DNA of 64,000 nt from Candidatus Latescibacterota bacterium (GTDB lineage Bacteria > Latescibacterota > UBA2968 > GCA-2709665): NCBI GenBank assembly GCA_965237675.1, contig OZ250150.1:3200001-3264000 (forward strand), given 5' to 3'. The translations under genes were made by a program, and so were the position numbers. Below the pieces are notes generated by a model that saw only the letters and a program-made list of their open reading frames with translations, had not been told where the DNA came from and made no database searches. Shown in pieces: positions 46,510 to 60,144 of the stretch. Within the stretch, counting starts at the first letter, position 1, and each line of letters opens with the position of its first letter.

Positions 46510-47853
46510 ATGGAGAATGCAGCTAGTCGGCCGGTTCGAGAGGCGCCGCGGGGCGTGGGGGGATTGCTGCGGAATATCGGACCGGGCGTGGTTGTGTCGG
46601 GTTCGGTGGTCGGCTCAGGCGAGTTGCTGGTGACCACGCGCATGGGGGCGGAGGTGGGCTTCGCGTTCCTCTGGGGGGTGATCCTGGCGTGCGTGATCAA
46701 GTTCTTCATTCAACTTGAACTTGGGCGCCAGTGCGTTTTGCACAACAGCACGACGATACAGGTCCTGGACCGCGTGCCCGGAATACGGCTGGCGAATACC
46801 TCTTGGGCGGCATGGTTGTGCGTGCTGGGTTATTTTTCGGTGATGATTGCCGTGATCGGCATCCTCGGGTCCGTGGCCGGATTGATGGTAACCCTCTTTC
46901 CCGGCGTCCCGTACAACGTGTGGGCCGTGCTGATTTTTGCGGCCATCTCTGTGCTGCTTTACAGGGGCTTGTACGCTGACCTGGAGCGAATGATCACCAT
47001 ACTGGTCGCGGGCTTCAGCCTTGTCGTAATCGGGTCGGTGTTGGCGATGCAGGCGACGCCATACGCCGTGGGGGGCGCGGAGGTATTATCGGGGTTTCGC
47101 TTTACCCTGCCCGCGGACGGGGCGTTCGTGGCCCTGGCCGTGATGGGGTCCGTGGGCGCGACGGCTGTGGAATTGTTCATGTATCCATACTGGGTACGGG
47201 AGAAGGGATACGCGGATTTTGTGGGGCCCCGGGAGGATACGCCCGAATGGCGGGCGCGGTATCGGGGCTGGATGCGGGTGCTGAAGACCGACGCGCTGGT
47301 GTGCACCGGGATCGCGTTGGTGATTACCTGCGCCTACTATCTGCTGGGGGCCTCGATATTGAAGAAGCTGAACGTGGTCCCCCAGGGCATGGAGGTCGTG
47401 GAGCAGGTTTCGCTGATTTTTACCAGAAGCATCGGTCCATGGACGAAAAACGTGTTCATGTTCGGCGCTTTCTGTACGCTGTTTTCCACGCTGCTCGTGT
47501 TCACGGCCAGTTCCGGGCGTATCGGCGTGGATTTTCTCAGGAATACGGGCGTCGCCAGTCTGGATGACGAGGCGGTTCGTCTTCGGCTGCTGCGGGCATT
47601 GCAGATCGCATTTCCGTTTCTGTGGCTTTGTGTGACCGTTGCAACTCCAGATACGCCGCTTGCCCTGGTGCTGATCGGGGCCAACGCCAACAACCTGCTG
47701 CTGATTCCGATGGCCTACGGTGTGGTGCACTTGGCGATGCGCGCTGCGGACAGGGAACGGATGTCCGTCTGGACGGAACTTGGATTGCTGTTGACAATCT
47801 GGGCGATCGTCAACTTTACCGCAGTCAACCTGTATTTGAATTGGACGCGTTAA
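46510..47853 (+). CDS. Nramp-like (APC superfamily) transporter
   Basis: IGPGVVVSGSVVGSGEL, IKFFIQLELGR, YPYWVREKG. Many hydrophobic segments. Confidence 0.8.
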   Translation: MENAASRPVREAPRGVGGLLRNIGPGVVVSGSVVGSGELLVTTRMGAEVGFAFLWGVILACVIKFFIQLELGRQCVLHNSTTIQVLDRVPGIRLANTSWAAWLCVLGYFSVMIAVIGILGSVAGLMVTLFPGVPYNVWAVLIFAAISVLLYRGLYADLERMITILVAGFSLVVIGSVLAMQATPYAVGGAEVLSGFRFTLPADGAFVALAVMGSVGATAVELFMYPYWVREKGYADFVGPREDTPEWRARYRGWMRVLKTDALVCTGIALVITCAYYLLGASILKKLNVVPQGMEVVEQVSLIFTRSIGPWTKNVFMFGAFCTLFSTLLVFTASSGRIGVDFLRNTGVASLDDEAVRLRLLRALQIAFPFLWLCVTVATPDTPLALVLIGANANNLLLIPMAYGVVHLAMRAADRERMSVWTELGLLLTIWAIVNFTAVNLYLNWTR

Positions 47854-47882
47854 GGACCTGGAAAGACGCGGGATCCTCAAGG

Positions 47883-47905
47883 GCGGCCCGGCGGCCGTTT
47901 TTTTC
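47883..47905 (+). terminator. Rho-independent terminator
   Basis: GCGGCC-CGGC-GGCCGT stem-loop followed by a T-run. Confidence 0.7.
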
Positions 47906-47944
47906 TTGTACCCCATGCTGCGGGCGCGTGAACCACGGCGGCGG

Positions 47945-50296
47945 TCATTCCGATGTCTCCACCCAGATGGGTGTGCTCCATCCCCTGGCGCCCATGGCGT
48001 GCGCGACGTTGCTTGGGTATTGGGGGATGGGGTCGGGTGACAGGACTTCAAGGTAGTAGTAGTGCTTTCCGGGGCGATACCGGCGCAATTGGAATTCTCT
48101 TCGCTCTCCCCGGGTCTGGCCGATGAACCGGTCGTCGTGCATCAGACGCCCGTCCCGGTGGACGCGCAGGATGTATTCCCGGTCCGCTTCGCCCACGACG
48201 CGCCACTTCAACACCGGGTCGTCCTCGATGACAAGCGAGCTGCCCATCATCTGATCGTTGATCGTGAATTCGATCAGGATTTTCTGCCCGGCCGTTGCGT
48301 AACAGTGTCTCGCTTTGATCGCGTTCAGAAAGGCGGCACGGTCCAGGCGTTCGGCCCAGACGCCGGTGAGCGCGCCGCTCAAGCCGGGGTTTCGGTGGTG
48401 GCTGTCTCCGCTGCCGGTGAAGGCGAATTTATGGCCCGCATCGAGGTATCTGAAATAGATGTCGTAAAGGTCGATGTTGATCATCCAGGCGGCACACACG
48501 TCGATGCCCCACTCGACGTCCGTGTCGTAGAGGTTCCATTTCCCGTTGTGGGGGTGCGGGAGGGGGAGGTAGCCCTTTTCTTTGAACCAGGCGAGACACT
48601 CCCCGGTGTCCTTGTGGGTATGCCGCTCACCTTTCGTGTGGGCCTCCTTGTACTTGAAGTGAAGCAGGTCCATTTCCATTTCGTCGTCGTCCGACATCAC
48701 CGATCGGTGGTCCCGCCCGGAGTCCACCCGGTCGGTGATGGTCATTTCGTAGCCGGGAAACATGGCGAACTGTCCGGGTTCGTTCAGGACCATCGCGTTG
48801 CCTTTGACGTAGTCCCACTCGTAGTCCTTCAGGTGGCGCACGTTCTGACGGGTGGGCAGGTTCCAGAAGCAGTCGTTGTCGGAAACGGTCAGCCCGTCGA
48901 TCTGCGCTTTGTGCCGGGCGTAGTGGCCCAACTCATCCGGCTCGCCTTCCATTTCGATGGAGGCCGCCGAGTGGCAGTGCAGGTCCACCCAGAAGAGGTG
49001 GTATTTTCCGCTCTCCCCGCCGGGAAGCTCGTTGCGGGGGCGGTCCGTCTCTCGAAGTTTCTCGAACGGCAGCCGGACTTCCTTCCATTCGGTCAGGTCG
49101 ATGCGGCGGTTCTCAGGAGGCACAACGGGGAGGTCGGTGGAGAGTTGGACCCTTTCCAGGTACCGCTCATCGGTGATCATGTCCTGGGACAGGAGGTGGA
49201 CCGCCGTTCCGACCGAGCCGTTGTGGGGTAGCTCGTAGAAAATGTTCCCTTCTGCCACGTTGTAGGGTTCCGACCAGACGCCATCGGCGCCGGTATGGCC
49301 GAAGAGGCGTCCCCTGGACGCGAGTGTGCCCTGCTCGCTGTCCGCCTTGACCTCGTAGAAAAGCCAGACGCCGTCGGCTTCGGCGCCCTTGAGAATGGGG
49401 AAGAGCCGCCTGCCCATATGCCCCAGGTTGGGCGGTTTCGGGAAATCGGTCAACAGCCCGTAGTGGAGCGGCGCAATGTCGGCCCCTCCGTCCGCACCCG
49501 ACAGAGGCTCCCAGGACCGACCGTCCAGACGGGCGCCCCGCAATGAGTACTTCTGCTGGAGGGTGCTGCTTCGGTACATGACGTCCACGCCGCGCACCCA
49601 CACCGCCCAGAGTGCACCGCCGCCGTCCCGGCAGAGCGTCGGCCTGTTTTCCCACCCGTCGCCGCGGCTGATCTTGACCTCGTTCCGAGGGCCCGCCGGA
49701 TCGACCGCACAGCCGTAGATGTCGTAGGTGCGGTCGACGTAGCTGTCCCAGATGATATAGACGCCGTCCGTCCCCCGTTCGACCATCCTGGGCCGGTAAT
49801 TGTAGCGTACCCGGTTTCCGATCGAATACGTTGCGGTCTCGCCATCGGGGAGGGTTCTGATGATTTCGATGCGGCTGTCTCCCCTGACAGAGTGGGCCCA
49901 GCAGATCCAGAGGGCGCCGCTTTCGTCGACGAGGGCCTGCGGCTCCCAGACCTTCGCCGAAGTAGGCAGGACGTGGCATTTCCGGCACCGGGTGAACGCA
50001 TTTCCATCCTGTTTGCGGGTCCAAAACGCGTATTCCCGCCCGGTTTTTTCAAGCCAGACAAATACCACTTCACCCCCGTTCGGAACGCAGATAGGGCGCG
50101 TCTGCATGGTGTTGTTGGGGGAAAGCGGCTCGACGGGACCGGCGGTTTCCCCGACGAATTTCCGGACAAATGTCCTGGACCCCGCGGCGCCGTAGGCTGC
50201 CCAGGCGGTCCAGCACGTTTTGTCGTCACGAAGGGTGCAGAGGTTGGGATCGTAGTTGTCTTTTGAATAGACGCCCTCTGTGACGGCAAGGTTCAT
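47945..50296 (-). CDS. DUF3604/PHP-like metallohydrolase with N-terminal beta-propeller region
   Basis: FWVDLHCHS, PGYEMT, PHPH, GSGDSHHRNPG, LTGVWAERLDR, RHCYATAG, WSTPIWV. Confidence 0.75.
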   Translation of the reverse strand: MNLAVTEGVYSKDNYDPNLCTLRDDKTCWTAWAAYGAAGSRTFVRKFVGETAGPVEPLSPNNTMQTRPICVPNGGEVVFVWLEKTGREYAFWTRKQDGNAFTRCRKCHVLPTSAKVWEPQALVDESGALWICWAHSVRGDSRIEIIRTLPDGETATYSIGNRVRYNYRPRMVERGTDGVYIIWDSYVDRTYDIYGCAVDPAGPRNEVKISRGDGWENRPTLCRDGGGALWAVWVRGVDVMYRSSTLQQKYSLRGARLDGRSWEPLSGADGGADIAPLHYGLLTDFPKPPNLGHMGRRLFPILKGAEADGVWLFYEVKADSEQGTLASRGRLFGHTGADGVWSEPYNVAEGNIFYELPHNGSVGTAVHLLSQDMITDERYLERVQLSTDLPVVPPENRRIDLTEWKEVRLPFEKLRETDRPRNELPGGESGKYHLFWVDLHCHSAASIEMEGEPDELGHYARHKAQIDGLTVSDNDCFWNLPTRQNVRHLKDYEWDYVKGNAMVLNEPGQFAMFPGYEMTITDRVDSGRDHRSVMSDDDEMEMDLLHFKYKEAHTKGERHTHKDTGECLAWFKEKGYLPLPHPHNGKWNLYDTDVEWGIDVCAAWMINIDLYDIYFRYLDAGHKFAFTGSGDSHHRNPGLSGALTGVWAERLDRAAFLNAIKARHCYATAGQKILIEFTINDQMMGSSLVIEDDPVLKWRVVGEADREYILRVHRDGRLMHDDRFIGQTRGERREFQLRRYRPGKHYYYLEVLSPDPIPQYPSNVAHAMGARGWSTPIWVETSE

Positions 50297-50437
50297 TGTG
50301 AAGGCTCCTTGTTGGAAAGGGTGCAGCGAAGGGTGAAACGTCTGGGAGGGATCGGGGCCCCGGGGTCGGGATGCCCGGCACGGATTCTTCGCGGTGGGGC
50401 GGTCGCGGACGTCTTTATCATTCCTGCAATTGGGATA

Positions 50438-52066
50438 CTACCTTGATTTCCACGGTTCTCCGGATGCCGTAACTTCCTTATGGATCGTGGCGTCGGGTCC
50501 GAAGCGGATGTGGCGGAAAGCGAAGGCGATGTGGCGGTTTCCAAATATGGCGTGGGTAAGCCCCCACTCGCCCAGCGTAAGGACGATGGTTGCGGTCAGC
50601 CCGATGACGAGTGTGTGCCCGATCCACGTGGCGTAGGTACCTGCGGACTGGACGAGGGGAAGATGCGTCGGGTCGGTATGTGCAATCGAAGCCGCCAGGA
50701 TGGTACAGATGACGGCGTTAAATGTAATAAGCCCCTCCGTGACGAGGCGTTGTGGACTGAATTCGACGATCTTCAGTGCAAAGTTAAAATTGACGACCCA
50801 CCAGAGAAAGACCAGGTAAAATAGCTGGCCCTTACCCAGCCATGTATACGGAATGAATGAGAGGGGTTGCGAGCGGTGTGCCTGCACCAACCAGAAAATC
50901 GCGACGCCGAAGGCAATGTAAATCAGTTCCAGCCAGCCGATCCACCCTCTGGACCGCACGAACCAGCCCGCTACCGGCAGACCGTAGAGTCGTTCCGGCA
51001 GCGATTCCACTCTCTCGACCCAATTCTCGGAGGCTTTTCTGTGGTTCAGATAGGTGAGTCCCACCAGAACAACCCCTGTCGCGAACATCGCTGACCACGG
51101 GGGCAAAGGGGTCGTATCTGAGCCGGCCGGCGCAAGGGTCGATAGCAGCCCCATGGAAATGGCGATAGCGATACCGTGAAACAGGCCCTGGGTCTGTTCC
51201 ATGATACTGTGCCAATTGGTCTGCAATCCGGTGCGGATGTTCAGCAATTTCAGCAACTGACCCAGGCCGAAGCCGATTCCTCCGATGAACCCCGTGATTA
51301 GCCCGGCCAGGGCAAGACCGTACAGGTCGTACCGCCAACAGTAGATCAACAGACCGGCGGTGAGGCCGACGCAACCCGCCCAGTTGTCGCCTCTGGGGGG
51401 TGTCATCCGGAGCTTGAGGACGGCGACAAGCACCAGAAACGACACGAACCACCCGATCGTAAGGTGAAGCACCAACGACGTGGCGATGTCAAAGCCTCCC
51501 CGGAAGGAGACGACGATTAACCCGGCGGCCATCGCCACCAGGTTCGCCAGCCAGTCGGTATCGTACCAGGAGAGAGCGGCTCTGCCGGATCTTCTGCCGT
51601 CCGAGAAGAGCAGGTCTACCAGAACCGACTGCAGCGCCCACCCCGAGAAGATCGTGGCCAACGGCGTGAAGAAAAGCGCAAGCCGATCTCCGGTGAGAAA
51701 TACCGGCAGTGCGGTTCCCGCGCCGCCCATAAAAGCCCAAAGGAAGCCAATCACGAAAAGGTTGCCGAATCCGTAGAGCACAGAGGGCGGGTGGCCAGAG
51801 TGCGTGTAGCCTACCACGCCCATGTATGACATGCTCCCGCCGAAAGACCATCCGAGCGCGCCGAACATGGCGAAATAGTGGACGTGCTGCATCCAGTCGG
51901 AACGGCCGGAGATCAGCACGGCCGCAATAGCCGCCAGTGCGCCAGGTATGGCCGCGCCGTACTCGTGGCCGAAATTGCCGCGGATGCCCCATCCCACCGA
52001 TAGAGACAGGCCGCAAAAGGCCACGAGTTGCCATGTAATGCCCGTTGTTGCCAGTTGCAGGTCCAT
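50438..52066 (-). CDS. Hypothetical multi-pass membrane protein
   Basis: 542 aa with many hydrophobic segments. GWGIRGNFGHEYGA N-terminal motif. Confidence 0.75.
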   Translation of the reverse strand: MDLQLATTGITWQLVAFCGLSLSVGWGIRGNFGHEYGAAIPGALAAIAAVLISGRSDWMQHVHYFAMFGALGWSFGGSMSYMGVVGYTHSGHPPSVLYGFGNLFVIGFLWAFMGGAGTALPVFLTGDRLALFFTPLATIFSGWALQSVLVDLLFSDGRRSGRAALSWYDTDWLANLVAMAAGLIVVSFRGGFDIATSLVLHLTIGWFVSFLVLVAVLKLRMTPPRGDNWAGCVGLTAGLLIYCWRYDLYGLALAGLITGFIGGIGFGLGQLLKLLNIRTGLQTNWHSIMEQTQGLFHGIAIAISMGLLSTLAPAGSDTTPLPPWSAMFATGVVLVGLTYLNHRKASENWVERVESLPERLYGLPVAGWFVRSRGWIGWLELIYIAFGVAIFWLVQAHRSQPLSFIPYTWLGKGQLFYLVFLWWVVNFNFALKIVEFSPQRLVTEGLITFNAVICTILAASIAHTDPTHLPLVQSAGTYATWIGHTLVIGLTATIVLTLGEWGLTHAIFGNRHIAFAFRHIRFGPDATIHKEVTASGEPWKSR

Positions 52067-52067
52067 A

Positions 52068-52793
52068 TTACGGCGGCCCTGGGCCGGTGTCGATAACGAG
52101 ATTGCCGTAGTCGTCTACGTTTACCGTACACCCTGGGGGAATGAACGTTGTGGAGTCGATTTCCTCGACAATGGCGGGGCCCGGGAAGCGGTTGTCCGCC
52201 TTCAGACGATACCGGTCATAAATCGCCGTGGCTGCCCTGGCCGCGGACCCGGGCATGTGGACGTCGCGTTCGGCCTTCAGGGCGGCGTGCGCGGATGGTT
52301 TGCCTTTGGGAGCCCGCCGGTGGCTGGGGCGGGGAACGGCTCCCACGGCGGAGAGGCGTACATTGACGATTTCCGTGGGCTCATCCCGGGTTGCAAAACC
52401 GTACTGGCGCCGGTGTGCGGCGAAAAAAGCGGCGTTTAATTTCTCGGGAAGATCCTTTGACAACCGCCCGACGGGTACTCGAAGTTCGTAGGATTGGCCC
52501 AAATACCGCATGTCCGCCTCCCGGACGAATCGGATATTGGAGCGGGAGACGCCCTCACTCAAAAGCAGGCGGGTCGCATTCTCTTCAAATTCGCGGTAGA
52601 TGCCCGAAAGGCCGGGCAGGTCCAGGTCGTCCGTCTTTGAAATGTAGGTACGTACGTAGTCGTGACGCAGGTCGGTAACGAGCAGACCGAGCGCCGTGGT
52701 AACGCCCGGGCTGGGCGGTACGAGTACGGTGCGGATATGCAGCGCCTTTGCGAGCGCGGCGGCGTGGAGGGGGCCGGCGCCGCCGAAAGCGAC
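52068..52793 (-). pseudogene. Hydantoinase/oxoprolinase A, C-terminal fragment
   Basis: VAFGGAGPLHA, ALGLLVTD, DMRYLGQSYEL, GPAIVEEIDSTT. N-terminal two-thirds missing. Confidence 0.85.
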
Positions 52794-53148
52794 AGAGTCA
52801 TACGTCGCACGCTCTATCTTCCGCGAGTTCGTGATGCCTTCACAGTATGCATATAGCAGCAGACCCACCATCATTCTCGGATCGTAGGGCGGCTGTCCAC
52901 GCCTCGACCCATCAAAGAACCCATATATCGACGACAGATCCCGTTTGCCAATGATGTCCAAAATGAAATACGCCTTATGGTCTTTCGGAAGCCATTCCCG
53001 TAGGTCTGGAGGCAATAACATCAATTGGTCTGAATGATAATCTCGAAAACGCGTTGGAGTGTCCATCACTACCTCATAAATTGGGTTCTTGGCGACACTC
53101 CTAATATATGAAACTTTCACCCAATAGGGTACTCCGACAGACACCTAG
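52785..53148 (-). mobile_element. Truncated IS1182-family element (left end plus transposase N-terminus, ATG 53066)
   Basis: QLMLLPPDLREWLPKDH, GQPPYDPRMMVGLLLYAY, SRKIERATY. End sequence CTAG-GTGTCTGTCGGAGTA on the minus strand. Confidence 0.8.
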
Positions 53149-53152
53149 TGGG

Positions 53153-53476
53153 ATGTCCGCGCTAACAGCGATCCTCGACACGTATCGCGTCGAAACAAAA
53201 TCGAAGCGATACCAGGGAACGCAATTCGAGAATCTCATTGCGCTGTATCTGCGTCACGAGCCGGACTACACCGATCTCTATAGCGACGTTAGGGCCTATG
53301 CGGACTGGGCTCGAGGCGAAGGGAGCGAGTTGTCGAGACAACCGCTCCCTCGCCCGCCTCCATCCAATGCCCATAGCACAGGGAGCAGCCAGCGGCTCAG
53401 TTTAATACTTTCCTTAGCCACTGGCGCGGCCAGCAAATTCCTCTCCCATCTCCGCACACTTCTGCCGCGCCGCTGA
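53153..53476 (+). pseudogene. N-terminal remnant of a type ISP-like restriction-modification/helicase gene
   Basis: MSALTAILDTYR...QGTQFENLIALYLRHEPDYTDLYSDVRAYADWA resembles the Mrr-like N-terminus of such enzymes. Similarity is lost after about 55 codons. Confidence 0.55.
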
Positions 53477-53589
53477 CCAAAGAATGCTCTTCATTTTCGG
53501 TCATGATAAACCGAGGATTAACAGGCGCACTCGGCCAGCGCCGCCAGATAGACCGTCAGCAGCTCGGCGGTTACCGAAACGGCCGAGCC

Positions 53590-53912
53590 CGCCCAGAGGA
53601 CCATCCTGCGAAGAGCGATGATCTCCGTCTTGTGGCGCCTCTCGCCGTCCTTGTCCTAGGAGCGTGTCCGCAGCCTCCCTGTCAGGTGCACGCTCGCGCC
53701 CTTGACCAAGGTCCTCGGACGCGGATGCGGCTCCCCAGTTCACCACGGAATGCCACTCCGTGCGCTCGGTCCATCTGCCTGTAGCGTCCTTGACGCTGCA
53801 GTCGGTCGCGACAGATATCTCCCCCACGGACGTCCCAATCCGCGATTTCCTTGATGTTGGCGTCGGTACCCAGGTAGCCCAGCAGGTCGACGCAATTGAG
53901 ACTCTTCGCCCT
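53590..53912 (-). pseudogene. ssb: Single-stranded DNA-binding protein pseudogene
   Basis: AKSLNCVDLLGYLG / ISVATD...WTERTEWHSVV / VKGASVHLTGRLRTRS*DKDGERRHKTEI across frameshifts. TAG at 53656-53658. Confidence 0.75.
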
Positions 53913-54651
53913 CCGCCGATCTTCCGCGCGGGCGCAAGCCCTCCATGGCAGCAGGCGCCGCTACTGCGTAGCAGCGGAGAGGTTCTAGGGAGCTTGCGGA
54001 GCGGCGTAACACGGGAGCGGAGGACGGGAATTTTCCGGATGCGGCCGGCGTGGATCCTCCAGCAGAGCGCCATTGCGCCCCATAGTTCGTCGGGTAACCC
54101 GTAGGGGCAAATCCGCACGGAAGAGGCCCGACGTTGAGTTCACGGACCCGAGCGGCAGTCGGTGCCGGAGGAACAGCTCCTCCAACACCTGTAGATGCGT
54201 TCGAACGACGAACCCATCGCGGTACGTGGCAGGCCCCTCGCTCTTAAGGCGTCCGGCATCCGCTCCGCGTAGCAGTGCAGCAATCCTCGCTGACCTCGGT
54301 GCCTCGCCGGGTCCCCAGTTATTCGGTCGACGACCTCGCCATCGCTTCCCATAGCGCCCCGGGGCGCGGGCACAGCATGTACCAGCGGATGATGGTGGCT
54401 TCATTAAATGGTACAACCGCCTTTGCTGTATGGACTTACATCATGAATTCGCCTCAAGACGGCGTCCGGATCATAAGCGACAATCAGGCCGTTTGTTGGA
54501 GATGTCGGCACTATTCGGCACAGAACGCTTGATTTTGGCAATTCGTCAATGTAATTTATAAAGGATAATTCGCGGCATTGTGTCCGGATTTCGGTTTTCC
54601 CGGAGACCTTCGGGCTTTTACAGAAAACATGATGAACGAAGGACGAAGGCT

Positions 54652-54888
54652 ATGGATGAGAGATGTCTGACAGTCGATGACATTTGCAAATATCTGAATG
54701 TAAGCAACGAGACGGTCTACAAGTGGATCGAACAACGGGCCATGCCCGGTCATCGCGTCGGCCGTCGCTGGATGTTCAAGCAAGATGACGTGGATGCATG
54801 GGTTTGCTCCGTGCGGCTGACAAATCCGATAAGCCGGACACCGAGCAGTAAGGAGCGACCATGGCCGAACCGATACACGACAAGATAA
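54652..54888 (+). CDS. Excisionase-like helix-turn-helix DNA-binding protein (C-terminus probably frameshifted)
   Basis: LTVDDICKYLNVSNETVYKWI...MPGHRVGRRWMF. Confidence 0.8.
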   Translation: MDERCLTVDDICKYLNVSNETVYKWIEQRAMPGHRVGRRWMFKQDDVDAWVCSVRLTNPISRTPSSKERPWPNRYTTR

Positions 54889-55349
54889 AACGATCCCTGC
54901 AGTCAGCCGAAGGCCTGTATCACCGCTTAGTGTTGCTGGTGGGTGAGACCGGTACCGGTAAGACCGGCGTTCTTCGGGGTGTTGCCGAGGAGTTTGGGAC
55001 ATCCGTCATCAACGTCAATCTGGCGCTCTCAAGCGAACTGCTTGAGCTGACCGCGAACCAGCGGTCACTTCGGTTGCCGGGCATCCTCGATCAGATCGCG
55101 GACAAAGCACACCCACCGGTGGTGCTGGATAATCTTGAGATCCTTTTCGACAAGGACCTCAAGCAGGACCCCGTGCGGCTGCTGCAGGGCATTTCGAGAA
55201 ATCGGGCCGTAGTGGCTTCGTGGAACGGGACCTCTACCGGCGGGAGGCTCTTGTACGCTGAACCCGGCCACCCCGAGTACCGCAGCTTCGACTCTGTCGA
55301 TGCGCTGATCGTGGGCATGGATGGCACGGCCACGCTCGATTCGGCATAA
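54861..55349 (+). CDS. brxF: BREX type 3 P-loop protein BrxF
   Basis: YHRLVLLVGETGTGKT, LDNLEILFD, QDPVRLLQGISRN, YAEPGHPEYR. Confidence 0.85.
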   Translation: MAEPIHDKIKRSLQSAEGLYHRLVLLVGETGTGKTGVLRGVAEEFGTSVINVNLALSSELLELTANQRSLRLPGILDQIADKAHPPVVLDNLEILFDKDLKQDPVRLLQGISRNRAVVASWNGTSTGGRLLYAEPGHPEYRSFDSVDALIVGMDGTATLDSA

Positions 55350-55359
55350 CACATTATAG

Positions 55360-59106
<3,747 letters not shown>

Positions 59107-59107
59107 A

Positions 59108-59165
59108 AGTGACTAAGCGAGTGACCAACTCCACAGAGCTTGGTCACTCGTGAAGTGACCAAGCT
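59108..59165. repeat. Four AGTGACYAAS motifs forming alternative hairpins
   Basis: Copies at 59108, 59120 and 59154 (direct) and 59139 (inverted). Confidence 0.8.
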
Positions 59166-59190
59166 GAGACACAAGACACCAGCAAGGATT

Positions 59191-60144
59191 ATGAAGATGA
59201 AAGAAAACAGTTTGTTCGACTCGCTGCTTGAAGAGCCGCAGAAGCCCTCCGGTCCGGTGAAATGCCTTGGCATGAACTTTGAAAACCACGAGGCCCGCCG
59301 CGCTCACTTCACTGAGGAACTGCGCAAGAAGTTACAGGACCCCGAGTTCCGCAAGATCGAAGGCTTTCCCATCGGTAGAGACGAGGACATCCTGGAACTG
59401 AGCGATCCGCCGTACTACACCGCCTGTCCGAACCCGTGGATCGCCGACTTCATCGCCGAGTGGGAGGCACAGAAGCCGGAACAGCCCGATGGCTACCCCT
59501 ATCACCGTGAGCCTTTTGCGGCCGATGTGAGCGAGGGCAAAAACGATCCAATTTACAAGGCGCATTCCTATCATACCAAGGTGCCCTATAAGGCCATCAT
59601 GCGTTACATCCTCCACTACACGCAGCCGGGAGATATAGTGTTTGACGGATTCTGTGGTACCGGTATGACGGGCGTGGCGGCGCAGATGTCCGGCGACCGC
59701 GAAGTGGTCATGTCGCTTGGCTACCAAGTGAAGTCGGACGGGACCATTTTGCAGGAAGAGACGGATGAAGATGGCAATAAGTTTTGGCGACCGTTTTCAA
59801 GACTGGGCGAACGCCGAGCGATTCTCAATGATCTATCCCCAGCAGCAACTTTTATCACGTACAACTATAACAGTCCAATCAATCCATCGTCCTTCGAACG
59901 CCAAACCAATCGAATTCTCAACGATGTCGAGAAAGAACTTGGTTGGATGTATGAAACAAGACACACCGACGGTTCGCTATGCAACGTAGATTATTTTGTC
60001 TGGAGCGAAGTTTTTACTTGCCCGTCTTGTGCGGCACAATTGGTTTTTTCCGAAATGGCACTCGAGGGTGATACAGGGCGAGTGCGGAAGGAACTGAAGT
60101 GCAAATCATGCAACAGCGAAATGCAAAAGAATGATTTAGCCTGA
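59191..60144 (+). pseudogene. BREX-3 DNA methyltransferase (PglXI-like), N-terminal part, interrupted by IS1380
   Basis: LSDPPYYTACPNP, AHSYHTKVP, motif I VFDGFCGTGMTG, CxxC pairs. Stop codon supplied by the IS end. Confidence 0.85.

Noticed and set aside
48062-49231. 389-aa plus-strand ORF, representative of many long antisense or alternate-frame ORFs in the track
   Set aside because: Shadow ORFs of GC-rich genes with no motifs. The overlapping genes have clear family signatures.
53655-53675. CTAGGAGCGTGTCC resembling an IS end
   Set aside because: Better explained as a TGG-to-TAG nonsense change in the ssb pseudogene (RTRS*DKDG). No partner end was found.
53985-54532. Several short ORFs on both strands
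   Set aside because: No recognisable motifs or RBS. Probably decayed sequence that cannot be assigned.
59108-59165. Short repeats as a possible CRISPR array
   Set aside because: The repeats are 10 bp, mixed in orientation and lack spacers. No cas genes are present.
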